Assembly: GCA_902525435.1 (NCBI GenBank)
Contig: CABZHD010000003.1
Coordinates: 39,827 to 103,826 of the forward strand
Source of the DNA: an uncultured SAR86 cluster bacterium
GTDB taxonomy: Bacteria > Pseudomonadota > Gammaproteobacteria > Magnimaribacterales > AG-339-G14
Direction: 5' to 3'
DNA: 64,000 nt
This document shows positions 28,636 through 39,294 of this stretch, piece after piece (the stretch's first letter is position 1; the number at the start of each line of letters is the position of its first letter). Made by a program: the position numbers and the translations under genes. The notes under the pieces were generated by a model. The model made no database searches and was not told the DNA's origin. It was given only the letters and a program-made list of their open reading frames with translations.

Positions 28636-29444
28636 GTAAAATGATAATTCCTGCATACGAAACCTCCGATGGTGCAGGAGTTAAAATTTTTCGCAGCCTT
28701 GGACAAACCCAAGATGTTCGCCTTGACCCATTTTTAATGTTAGATGAATTCTGCTCTGACAATCCAGATGACTACATTGGTGGATTTCCTTCACATCCAC
28801 ATAGAGGGTTTGAAACATTCACGTATATGATTGAAGGACATCTACAACATGAAGATAGTATGGGCAATAGTGGTGAACTAAAGTCGGGTGAAATGCAATG
28901 GATGACAGCAGGTAGAGGCATTATTCACTCAGAGATGCCATTGCAAAAAAATGGTCTAATGAAGGGTTTTCAGTTATGGGTTAATTTACCTGCAAATGAA
29001 AAAATGCAAAAACCAAAATATAGAGATATAAAAAAAAATGAATTCATTGATTTATTTGACGGTTCAACGCAAATTAAACTAATTGCAGGCGAGTACAAAG
29101 GTCATACTGGACCAATAAGCGGCCTAACTACTGAATTAGAATATTTTGACATTAATATTTCAAAAGAAAATTTTAAGTTTTACGGTAAAAAAAATAAAAA
29201 TTATTTTATATATCCATTTGAAGGAGATCTGATAGTTGATAATGAAGTGGTCCCAAAAAGGACAGGCATGAAATTTACTGAAACCGTGTCAATTTTATCT
29301 AGAGAGAATCAGGCAAGATTTCTTCTAATTGGAGGGAGGCCAATAAATGAATCAATTGCTCAATATGGACCTTTTGTAATGAATACAAAGAAAGAGATTA
29401 TTGATGCGATGAGTGATTATCAGAAGGGCTATTTTAATTATTAG
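28632..29444 (+). CDS. Pirin family protein (bicupin)
   Basis: GFPSHPHRGFETFTYMIEGHLQHEDSMGN is the pirin metal-binding His/Glu motif. The ATG overlaps the upstream stop (ATGA). Confidence 0.85.
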   Translation: MSKMIIPAYETSDGAGVKIFRSLGQTQDVRLDPFLMLDEFCSDNPDDYIGGFPSHPHRGFETFTYMIEGHLQHEDSMGNSGELKSGEMQWMTAGRGIIHSEMPLQKNGLMKGFQLWVNLPANEKMQKPKYRDIKKNEFIDLFDGSTQIKLIAGEYKGHTGPISGLTTELEYFDINISKENFKFYGKKNKNYFIYPFEGDLIVDNEVVPKRTGMKFTETVSILSRENQARFLLIGGRPINESIAQYGPFVMNTKKEIIDAMSDYQKGYFNY

Positions 29445-29480
29445 TTCTTTTATAAACTTTAAAATTAATAGGAAGTGATT

Positions 29481-29600
29481 ATGGAATGTGGTTGTGGAAG
29501 AAGTCCAACGGGCAAATGTATCGGTTGGCATAAACTGTCAGAAGAAGAGTATCAAGAAAAGTTAAAAGAATATCAAGATAAAGAAAAAGAAGAAGATTAG
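29481..29600 (+). CDS. Hypothetical 39-aa Cys-rich protein
   Basis: Hand translation gives MECGCGRSPTGKCIGWHKLSEEEYQEKLKEYQDKEKEED. An AGGAAG Shine-Dalgarno lies ~6 nt upstream. The pattern is C3, C5, C13, H17 followed by a charged helical tail. Below the ORF-track cut-off, and I cannot confidently name a family. Confidence 0.4.
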   Translation: MECGCGRSPTGKCIGWHKLSEEEYQEKLKEYQDKEKEED

Positions 29601-29682
29601 AAGTTATAGAAACTTAAAATCATTTAAAGAAGTTTATTTGAACTTCTTTTCAAAAAGTTAACTATGATTAGTAAGTTTTTAG

Positions 29683-29700
29683 TGTGCACAGGTGTGCACA
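29683..29700. repeat. Paired TGTGCACA palindromes, right end of the island
   Basis: TGTGCACAggTGTGCACA: two perfect 8-bp palindromes with a 10-bp period. The pair could instead fold as a 6-bp hairpin followed by atatcTTTTT, i.e. a possible terminator. Confidence 0.6.
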
Positions 29701-29732
29701 ATATCTTTTTAAGAAAGGAGATATACCCACAC

Positions 29733-29755
29733 TCTGAAAGTATTGATTTTATAAG
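29733..29755. repeat. Right terminal inverted repeat of the island (23 bp)
   Basis: TCTGAAAGTATTGATTTTATAAG is the reverse complement of 26781-26803 at 21/23 positions. It lies 5 nt from the att-like repeat. Confidence 0.75.
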
Positions 29756-29761
29756 ATTTAT

Positions 29762-29838
<77 letters not shown>

Positions 29839-29890
29839 ATATGAAATGGAATGCAACCTTAGCAAGCTATTATCAATAAATAAAGTTAAA

Positions 29891-30841
29891 TTAATTATCA
29901 GAATCCCTCCTTATGACATAAGGACGGTTTTTATTCGAAAAGTAAATTCTGACGACCACTTCAGCCAATAAACCGGTCGTTAAAAGTTGGGTTCCAAACA
30001 CAACAGAAAGTATTCCGCCGTAAAAAAGAGGTCTGTCGCCTAAGTCTATGCCAAGCATAATTTTTTGGGCGCTTAATACAAATAAGATAATTATTCCAAG
30101 AACCAAAAAAACTAAACCGGGAAAACCAAAAAAGTGCGCTGGTTTAGATAAAAATCTTTGGAAAAATATAATTGAAAATAAATCTAAAGGTACCCTAGCA
30201 ATTCTTCCAAACCCATATTTGCTCTCGCCAGCAATTCTAGGTCTATGATTTACCACCTCTTCGCTTATCCTTGCCTTATCAGTATAAAGACTCATCCAAG
30301 CAGGAATTAACCGGTGCATTTCGCCGTACAGTTGAACTGCTTTGAGAGTTTTATTTCTGTAGACCTTTAAGCTACATCCGTAATCATGGAGCTTTATATC
30401 AGTCGACCAGCCAATTAAAGAATTTGCCACCTTTGATATGAGACTTCTAAGAAAAGGATCTTTTCTATCTTTTCTCCATCCAACAATTAAATCCAATTTT
30501 TCATCTTTCAGCCTATTCAAGAGTCTTAAAATATCCTTCGGATCGTTTTGAAGATCACCGTCCAAAGTTGCTATGTATTTTCCTTGCAGGTGATCAAAAC
30601 CTGCTTGCATTGCAGCTGTTTGCCCTGAGTTCCTTCCTAATTGTAGGTACCTGACTTCTTTTTTTACTTTGGCAATTGATTCACATATATCTCCAGTATT
30701 ATCTTTGCTTGAATCGTCAACAATGAGTAATTCCCATTCTTTGTCTAGAGATTCCATCGATTGATAAATCTCATCGACGAGAGGTTTTATATTTTCTTCC
30801 TCGTTGTAAACAGGAACAACAATGCTTAAATAAGTTTTCAT
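29891..30841 (-). CDS. Family 2 glycosyltransferase, polyprenyl-phosphate sugar transferase type (ArnC/GtrB/DPM1-like) with two C-terminal TM helices
   Basis: SIVVPVYNEEENI, the DD.S.D motif, DGDLQNDP (DxD) and a C-terminal TM pair, which is the typical ArnC/GtrB architecture. Confidence 0.8.
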   Translation of the reverse strand: MKTYLSIVVPVYNEEENIKPLVDEIYQSMESLDKEWELLIVDDSSKDNTGDICESIAKVKKEVRYLQLGRNSGQTAAMQAGFDHLQGKYIATLDGDLQNDPKDILRLLNRLKDEKLDLIVGWRKDRKDPFLRSLISKVANSLIGWSTDIKLHDYGCSLKVYRNKTLKAVQLYGEMHRLIPAWMSLYTDKARISEEVVNHRPRIAGESKYGFGRIARVPLDLFSIIFFQRFLSKPAHFFGFPGLVFLVLGIIILFVLSAQKIMLGIDLGDRPLFYGGILSVVFGTQLLTTGLLAEVVVRIYFSNKNRPYVIRRDSDN

Positions 30842-32474
30842 GTCTTCTTAATGAATGTTGAAACAATTGCAAGGATAAGACTATATAAAAGAACAGTAAA
30901 GTGAACCAATAAAGAAGCACTGATCATTGAATCGATATTAATATTTTTATCAAAAGAATTTAGTCCAAATATTATGCCTCCCTCATATGTCCCCGTTCCT
31001 GCAAAGCCATGGATGGGTAGGATTGATGTTAATTCACCAAAAATAACGGCAACGAAAGAACTTTCTAAGCTTGCTGAAATCAAAGATAACAGAAGATAAG
31101 TGAGTGCAAATATTTTCATGCACCAAGCTAACAAAGACAAAATCAAAATTTCAATTTTTTCAAAAAGATTTTTTTTAATATCTCTTTCTTGCAATAAATA
31201 GCTTACTCCCAAGTACCAAGCAACTAAAATTAAAAAATTAAGCATTAAAGAATAGTAGAAACTAAGAAAGACAAATAAAGACAAAAAAATGATTGATAGG
31301 AGATCTGTGATCCTGAAAATAAAAAGTGCCCTAAGGGATATCTTATTATCGATCCCATAAGATTCTCTCAAAAGCAAAGGAAAAGAAAATTCTCCAATTC
31401 GCATAGGTAAGAAATTATTTAAAAAGTTATGCAAGAAAGTGATTCGCATAACTCCTAGACTCTTTGTTTCTTTTTTAAAAAATCTTCTAATTCGAGCAGC
31501 CCTTATCAATAGGCTTAAAACCATAAGACCTAATGCAACTGACACCAGGAGAAAATCCAAATTTTCTGTCATGAAAAGAAAGGAACTAAAGGATCCATAT
31601 TGATAGATTAAATATATGAATGTGGAAGAAATAAGCAAAGGTATAAAGATTTTAAAAAAATTACTCTGAGATACCTTTATTTTAGTGAAATAGTCTAAAG
31701 CAATACTAAGGATGTTCTCTATCTTCAGTAAATTAAGAAATAAAAGGGGACTCAAGAAAATAAGAATGTATAACCAACCAATTTCATTTGCAAAATCATA
31801 AGTAGAAAAATTGCCAATGAGAATTGTGTAAAGTGCGATGCTTAATAAAATAATAAAAAATACCGAATATAAAGTGTCCAAAATTTTTGACGATCTATCT
31901 GCCAATGAGGCTAAGAGTAAAGGCAAGCTAAAACCCAAAGAAGCCCCTATCAGAATATCCATTGGCCAGTGAGCCCCAACTAATATCCTTGTAAAAGCAA
32001 AAAGCGAAAAGGCGAAAATTAACAGTACAAAATAATTTTTTTTAATCATGCCTGAGACAACCAAACAAGAAAAAAATAAAAAGAGACTAAATGCGTGTCC
32101 AGAGGGCACGGATTGAGAGGTCAAAAGAGGTTCAACAACAAAAAATTCTTCTCTTGGTAGGATTGCTCCTGGTCTTGGAATATCCAGTAAAATTTTTAAT
32201 CCCCTCGAGAGCAAGATTCCAATCAGTGTAGATGAGATGATTAACCTGAAAAATTTTCTTGAATAATATATTGGGATTACAGATGCAATCAGAAGTACGG
32301 CTGCATTACCAAATTCGGTAAGAAAAGTTAGAGCTGATTGATTTATAAAAGCTCCCGCACTATTTAGTCCAATAAAAATAAAGTTATTTAGAACAATTAC
32401 AGGATCTAAATAATTCAAACCAATCAGAACCAGCGCAAAAGCAAAGACAATAAATCCTGTTTTGTGCTGAGGAT

Positions 32475-32478
<4 letters not shown>
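30838..32478 (-). CDS. Fusion membrane protein: N-terminal PAP2 lipid phosphatase domain plus C-terminal flippase-like (LPG-synthase-TM / UPF0104) domain
   Basis: PAP2 motifs KILLDIPRPG, PSGHAF and TRILVGAHWPMD in the first ~200 aa. The rest is multi-TM and carries the MRIGEFSFPLLLR segment reminiscent of the UPF0104 R.GE motif. Confidence 0.65.
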
Positions 32479-35043
<2,565 letters not shown>

Positions 35044-35556
35044 CTAATACTCAATTGTAGTTTCACTTTCAGAAATGAGAAAGTTTTCACCTGTACCCAT
35101 TCCAAGCAGACCTGATCTGGTAACCTCTAAAAACTTTTGCTTATTTAAAGAAAGAAGAAAATCATCAACTTCATGGTTCGAACCAATAAGTTTAATCATT
35201 ACAAATGCATCTTTGTGATTAATAATTTCTCCAACAACAGGAAAAGCACTTTCAATAATTTTTTTTGCTTCTTTCTCGGTAATTTTTAATTTAACAATAG
35301 CAATTTCCAGTGAGACAGATTCAATGTCGGACAGATTCTGAACTTCGACAACATCAATTACTTTGTTTAATTGTTTGAGTATTTGAGATATTACGCTTTC
35401 TTCTTCTTTAACGACCATAGTGAGCCTTGATAAAGATGAATCGTTAGTAGGAGCCACAGATAAAGAGTCTATGTTGTAACCTCTTTGTGAAAATAAACCT
35501 ACAACCCTAGAAAGAGCTCCCGGTTGGTTTTCCATTAAAATCGATATGTGACTCAT
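35044..35556 (-). CDS. ilvH: Acetolactate synthase small (regulatory) subunit
   Basis: MSHISILMENQPGALSRVVGLFSQRGYNIDSLSV is the ACT-domain N-terminus. I start it at the ATG at 35556, 1 nt after the ilvI stop, not at the track start 35667, which lies inside ilvI. Confidence 0.9.
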   Translation of the reverse strand: MSHISILMENQPGALSRVVGLFSQRGYNIDSLSVAPTNDSSLSRLTMVVKEEESVISQILKQLNKVIDVVEVQNLSDIESVSLEIAIVKLKITEKEAKKIIESAFPVVGEIINHKDAFVMIKLIGSNHEVDDFLLSLNKQKFLEVTRSGLLGMGTGENFLISESETTIEY

Positions 35557-35557
35557 T

Positions 35558-37291
35558 TTAAAAAGTCTTTTTAGTTTTACTAACTCGCATTTCAGACATA
35601 TTGCCACCGGCTTCAAGCATTGGGTATACATGCTCATCTGGATCAACATATACATCCATGAATACAAGTTTATCTTTCATGGAAATACATTCATCCATTC
35701 TTTCTTCTAGCTCACTGATATCCTCTACCTTCATACCCACATGTCCATAAGATTCTGCAAGCTTAACGAAATCAGGTAAAGAATCTTCGTAGAGAATACT
35801 GGAATACCTTCCGCCGTATTGCATATCCTGCCACTGCTTAACCATTCCTAAAGCTCTATTATTAAGATTAATTATTTTCACAGGCAGTCCATACTGCATA
35901 CAAGTAGATAGCTCCTGAATACACATTTGAATGCTGCCTTCACCGGTTACACAAACAACATCCTCATCAGGAAAAGCAAATTTAACTCCCATGGCAGAAG
36001 GCAGACCAAATCCCATTGTTCCTAGGCCGCCAGAATTGATCCATTTTCTTGGTTCATCAAATTTATAATATTGAGCAGCAAACATTTGATGTTGGCCAAC
36101 ATCAGAAGTTATAAATGCCTTACCGTTTGTAGACTTGTAAAGAGACTGTATTACTTGTTGAGGAAGGATTTGCTTCTGATGAAATTTCTTGTCCAGAAGA
36201 TCATGATTAAGACCATGAGTTTCTCTCCAGTTCAGAATCTCATTATTCCAGAGATCTATTGATGCTTTATCAATATTTTTTGGATCTATTTTATTGAGAA
36301 TTTGATTAAGAATCTTTTTAGCATCTCCATTTAGAGATACATCGACATTTATAATTTTTTCTATAGAACCGTAATCACAATCTAAGTGAATTTTTTTGGC
36401 ATTTAATGAGTATTTTTTAGGATTGTTTGTAGTTCTATCATCGAATCTTGAACCCAAAGCAAAGATTAAATCAGCTTCATGCATTGCCATGTTAGCTTCA
36501 TAGGTTCCATGCATTCCTAACATTCCAATAAAGTTTTCATGAGTTGCAGGAAAGGCTCCCAATCCCATTAGTGTATTTGTCACAGGAGCATTCATGATTT
36601 TCGCTAACTTTTTTAGCTCCTCAGATGCATTACCTTGAATTATCCCACCGCCCGCATATAAAACTGGCTTTTTTGCTTTCTCTAATAATGAAACTGCCTC
36701 ATCTACGTTACTTTCTTCTTCTTCAGAGGGGGCTGAATAAGATCTCATCTTTATATCTTTAGGATACTGATAATCAAAAAGATGGTTCGGATCTGTCATA
36801 TCCTTGGGTACATCTATTACAACTGGACCTGGCTTTCCTGTTTTCGCAATAATAAAGGCCTTTTTGACAACCTCTGGTATCTCTTCTGGACTTTGAATTA
36901 GAAAGCTATGTTTTACTATTGGTCGGGATATTCCCATCATATCTGTTTCTTGGAAGGCGTCTGTTCCTATTAAATGGCTTGCAACCTGACCTGAAATTAC
37001 TACCAATGGAATAGAGTCCATATATGCAGTTGCAATTCCAGTGATTGCGTTTGTTGCTCCTGGACCAGATGTTACAAGAACAGTTCCAACTTTTCCTGTG
37101 GCTCTGGCATATCCGTCAGCTGCATGGACTGCAGCCTGTTCATGCCTAACTAAAATATGCTGAACTTTATCCTGTTGATAGATTGCATCGTAAATATGAA
37201 GAGCAGCTCCTCCAGGATATCCAAAGAGAAGGTCTACATTTTCATCTGCTAAAGCTCTGATAAGCGCAGATCCGCCTGATTCTTTCTTCAT
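35558..37291 (-). CDS. ilvI: Acetolactate synthase large subunit (ThDP-dependent)
   Basis: GYPGGA, GPGATN and GLGTMGFGLPSAMG ThDP-binding motifs. 577 aa. Confidence 0.95.
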   Translation of the reverse strand: MKKESGGSALIRALADENVDLLFGYPGGAALHIYDAIYQQDKVQHILVRHEQAAVHAADGYARATGKVGTVLVTSGPGATNAITGIATAYMDSIPLVVISGQVASHLIGTDAFQETDMMGISRPIVKHSFLIQSPEEIPEVVKKAFIIAKTGKPGPVVIDVPKDMTDPNHLFDYQYPKDIKMRSYSAPSEEEESNVDEAVSLLEKAKKPVLYAGGGIIQGNASEELKKLAKIMNAPVTNTLMGLGAFPATHENFIGMLGMHGTYEANMAMHEADLIFALGSRFDDRTTNNPKKYSLNAKKIHLDCDYGSIEKIINVDVSLNGDAKKILNQILNKIDPKNIDKASIDLWNNEILNWRETHGLNHDLLDKKFHQKQILPQQVIQSLYKSTNGKAFITSDVGQHQMFAAQYYKFDEPRKWINSGGLGTMGFGLPSAMGVKFAFPDEDVVCVTGEGSIQMCIQELSTCMQYGLPVKIINLNNRALGMVKQWQDMQYGGRYSSILYEDSLPDFVKLAESYGHVGMKVEDISELEERMDECISMKDKLVFMDVYVDPDEHVYPMLEAGGNMSEMRVSKTKKTF

Positions 37292-37339
37292 ATTTATTTA
37301 ACAGTTTTAAAAAGATTCGAATTGTGACACTAGAAGCCT

Positions 37340-38299
37340 TTAAGTCAAGTTTTCATTGGTTTTTAGACGATCCAATAAACTTTGAAAATCTTTAGGAATT
37401 TCGCTTTCAAAATTAACTGTTTCATTAGACGAGGGATCTATAAAAGAAAGTTCTCTAGCATGTAGGGCCTGTCTCGGAAACTTGATAATAAAATCTTTCA
37501 AATCGTCTGAAGTATTTTTTGCAAATCTTTGACTTGTTCCATAAGTTTTATCTCCAACGAGAGGATGTTTGATATGGCTAAAATGGACTCTAATTTGATG
37601 AGTTCTGCCTGTTTCTAAATAAGCTCGGATATAAGTATAAAATCCCAAAAATTCTAATACTTTAAATTTAGTAATTGCTTCTTTTCCTTTTTCTGTAACT
37701 GATTGTTTTGTTCTTACCGTACGATGCCTTCCAATTGGGAGGTCCAAAGTTCCGGCTCTCAACGTTTTTCCAATTACAATTAGGTCGTATCCCCTTTTAA
37801 CGGTTCTAGAGGAGATTTGATCTGACAAGTGTTTATAAGCCTTCTCATTTCTTGCAATAACCATTAGTCCAGAAGTATCTTTATCTAAACGATGAATTAT
37901 TCCAGCTCTTGGAAGATCTGCCAGCTCTGGAAAGTTAAATAATAAACTATTGAGAATTGTTCCTGATCTATTTCCTGAGCCCGGATGAACAACAATTCCT
38001 GGAGCTTTATTTATAACTATGAAATCCTTTGTCTGCTTTTTTATTTCAATCTCAATATCTTCAGGAAGATCTTCAACTTCAGCATCAATTAGACCAGATA
38101 AATTTATCTTGCTTCCAATTGAAGCTTTTTCGCTTACTTTGGAAATTGTTTGATTATCAATAGACAAAAAATCTAGTTCAATAAACTTTTTAATTTGCAT
38201 TCTTGAGAACTCTGGATGTCTCTTGGATACGATTACATCTATTCTTTTTCCTGACTCTTCGGCGTTGACCTCGAAATTAATTGAAATTTTTTTTGGCAT
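37340..38299 (-). CDS. rluD: 23S rRNA pseudouridine(1911/1915/1917) synthase
   Basis: N-terminal S4 domain, the HRLDKDTSGLMV catalytic motif, and divergent from bamD as in E. coli. Confidence 0.85.
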   Translation of the reverse strand: MPKKISINFEVNAEESGKRIDVIVSKRHPEFSRMQIKKFIELDFLSIDNQTISKVSEKASIGSKINLSGLIDAEVEDLPEDIEIEIKKQTKDFIVINKAPGIVVHPGSGNRSGTILNSLLFNFPELADLPRAGIIHRLDKDTSGLMVIARNEKAYKHLSDQISSRTVKRGYDLIVIGKTLRAGTLDLPIGRHRTVRTKQSVTEKGKEAITKFKVLEFLGFYTYIRAYLETGRTHQIRVHFSHIKHPLVGDKTYGTSQRFAKNTSDDLKDFIIKFPRQALHARELSFIDPSSNETVNFESEIPKDFQSLLDRLKTNENLT

Positions 38300-38332
38300 G
38301 TTTTTTAATCTTTAAACAGATAGAATTAGCAG

Positions 38333-39106
38333 ATGCAAACTCGTAATAAGCATTATTTTATCTTTAATCTACTTTTTTTACTGATCTTGATGGGTTTATC
38401 CGCATCGTGTGCAAATAAAGAAGAAACTATTGAAAGGATCTTGCTTGAAAAAGAACTATTTGATCAAGCGCAGAATAGATTGAGATCTGGCAATTTTGCT
38501 GCTGCCGCAATGAGTTTAGAAATGCTTGAGGCTAGATACCCTTTTGGAAGATTTGCCACACAAGCTCAGTCAGAGCTTATTTATGCTTATTTTAAGTCAG
38601 CAAACTATGAGGCTGCCATATCAGCTGCTGATAGGTTTATCAGCTTGCATCCTAATCATCCAAATATAGATTACGCTTACTATTTGAAAGGAATGTCCGG
38701 TTACACAGCCGATATGTCTATTTTTAATCCAAATATGATTTTAGAGGATGCGGCCTCGAAAAGAGATCTCAATCAAGCAAAGAAATCGTTTTCTGACTTG
38801 AGTGATTTTTTACTTAGGTTTCCAGATAGTGACTACGCCGATCAAGCAAGGCAACGAATGGTTTTCTTAAGGAATTTGATCGCAAAAAAAGAAATCTATG
38901 TAGCGACTTTTTATATGGAAAGAAAGGCTTTTGTTGCTGCCTTAAACCGAGCTAATTATGTGATTGAACATCTCCCAAATAGCTCTCAAGTAGAACAAGC
39001 TCTTGAGATTAAAATTGAAGCCTATAAAGAACTCAACCAGTCAGATTTGGCCAACATAACTCAAGACTTACTGGACGCTTTCAAAGAAAAGAAAATTAAA
39101 TCCTAA
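38333..39106 (+). CDS. bamD: Outer-membrane protein assembly factor BamD (lipoprotein, TPR)
   Basis: Lipobox LSASC, TPR-like repeats, and divergent from rluD. Confidence 0.85.
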   Translation: MQTRNKHYFIFNLLFLLILMGLSASCANKEETIERILLEKELFDQAQNRLRSGNFAAAAMSLEMLEARYPFGRFATQAQSELIYAYFKSANYEAAISAADRFISLHPNHPNIDYAYYLKGMSGYTADMSIFNPNMILEDAASKRDLNQAKKSFSDLSDFLLRFPDSDYADQARQRMVFLRNLIAKKEIYVATFYMERKAFVAALNRANYVIEHLPNSSQVEQALEIKIEAYKELNQSDLANITQDLLDAFKEKKIKS

Positions 39107-39294
39107 TGGCTATTTTAATTTCAGTTTTAATTTTTGTAGGAATAGTCGTTGGGCTTGCACGTCTTTTGGGAGAAAATTCAGTTGATATCAGTGAAGATCA
39201 ATCCAGCATGGTCAAATGTATAGAATGCAATGTTTATTTCCCTGCCTTAGAAGCTAGAAAAACATCAAGGGGTTGGATCTGTAAAAATCATTAA
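39106..39294 (+). CDS. Small membrane-anchored protein with a C-terminal C-x2-C...C-x2-H motif (possibly PP0621-like)
   Basis: 62 aa with an N-terminal TM helix and CIECNVYFP...WICKNH at the C-terminus. Its start overlaps the bamD stop (ATGG/TAATG junction). The family name comes from memory of the Pseudomonas bamD neighbourhood and is not verified. Confidence 0.5.
   Translation: MAILISVLIFVGIVVGLARLLGENSVDISEDQSSMVKCIECNVYFPALEARKTSRGWICKNH

Noticed and set aside
29626-29649. Stem-loop AAAGAAGTT-tatttg-AACTTCTTT after the small ORF, considered as a rho-independent terminator
   Set aside because: The 9-bp stem is almost entirely A:T (2 G:C pairs) and is not followed by a U-tract on either strand. 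It is not convincing as an intrinsic terminator. The TGTGCACA doublet followed by TTTTT at 29683-29710 is a slightly better but still ambiguous candidate.
26759-29761. Search for an integrase, excisionase or transposase (or a remnant) inside the island
   Set aside because: All coding space is accounted for by hxlR, doxX, the GST, pirin and the 39-aa ORF. The remaining non-coding pieces (about 107, 103, 36 and 160 nt) are too short. No frame shows R...H-x-x-R...Y or DDE-type motifs.
35557-35667. 37-codon N-terminal extension of the ilvH ORF
   Set aside because: It lies inside the ilvI coding region in another frame. The conserved ACT-domain N-terminus (MSHISILMENQPGAL) starts at 35556, 1 nt after the ilvI stop.
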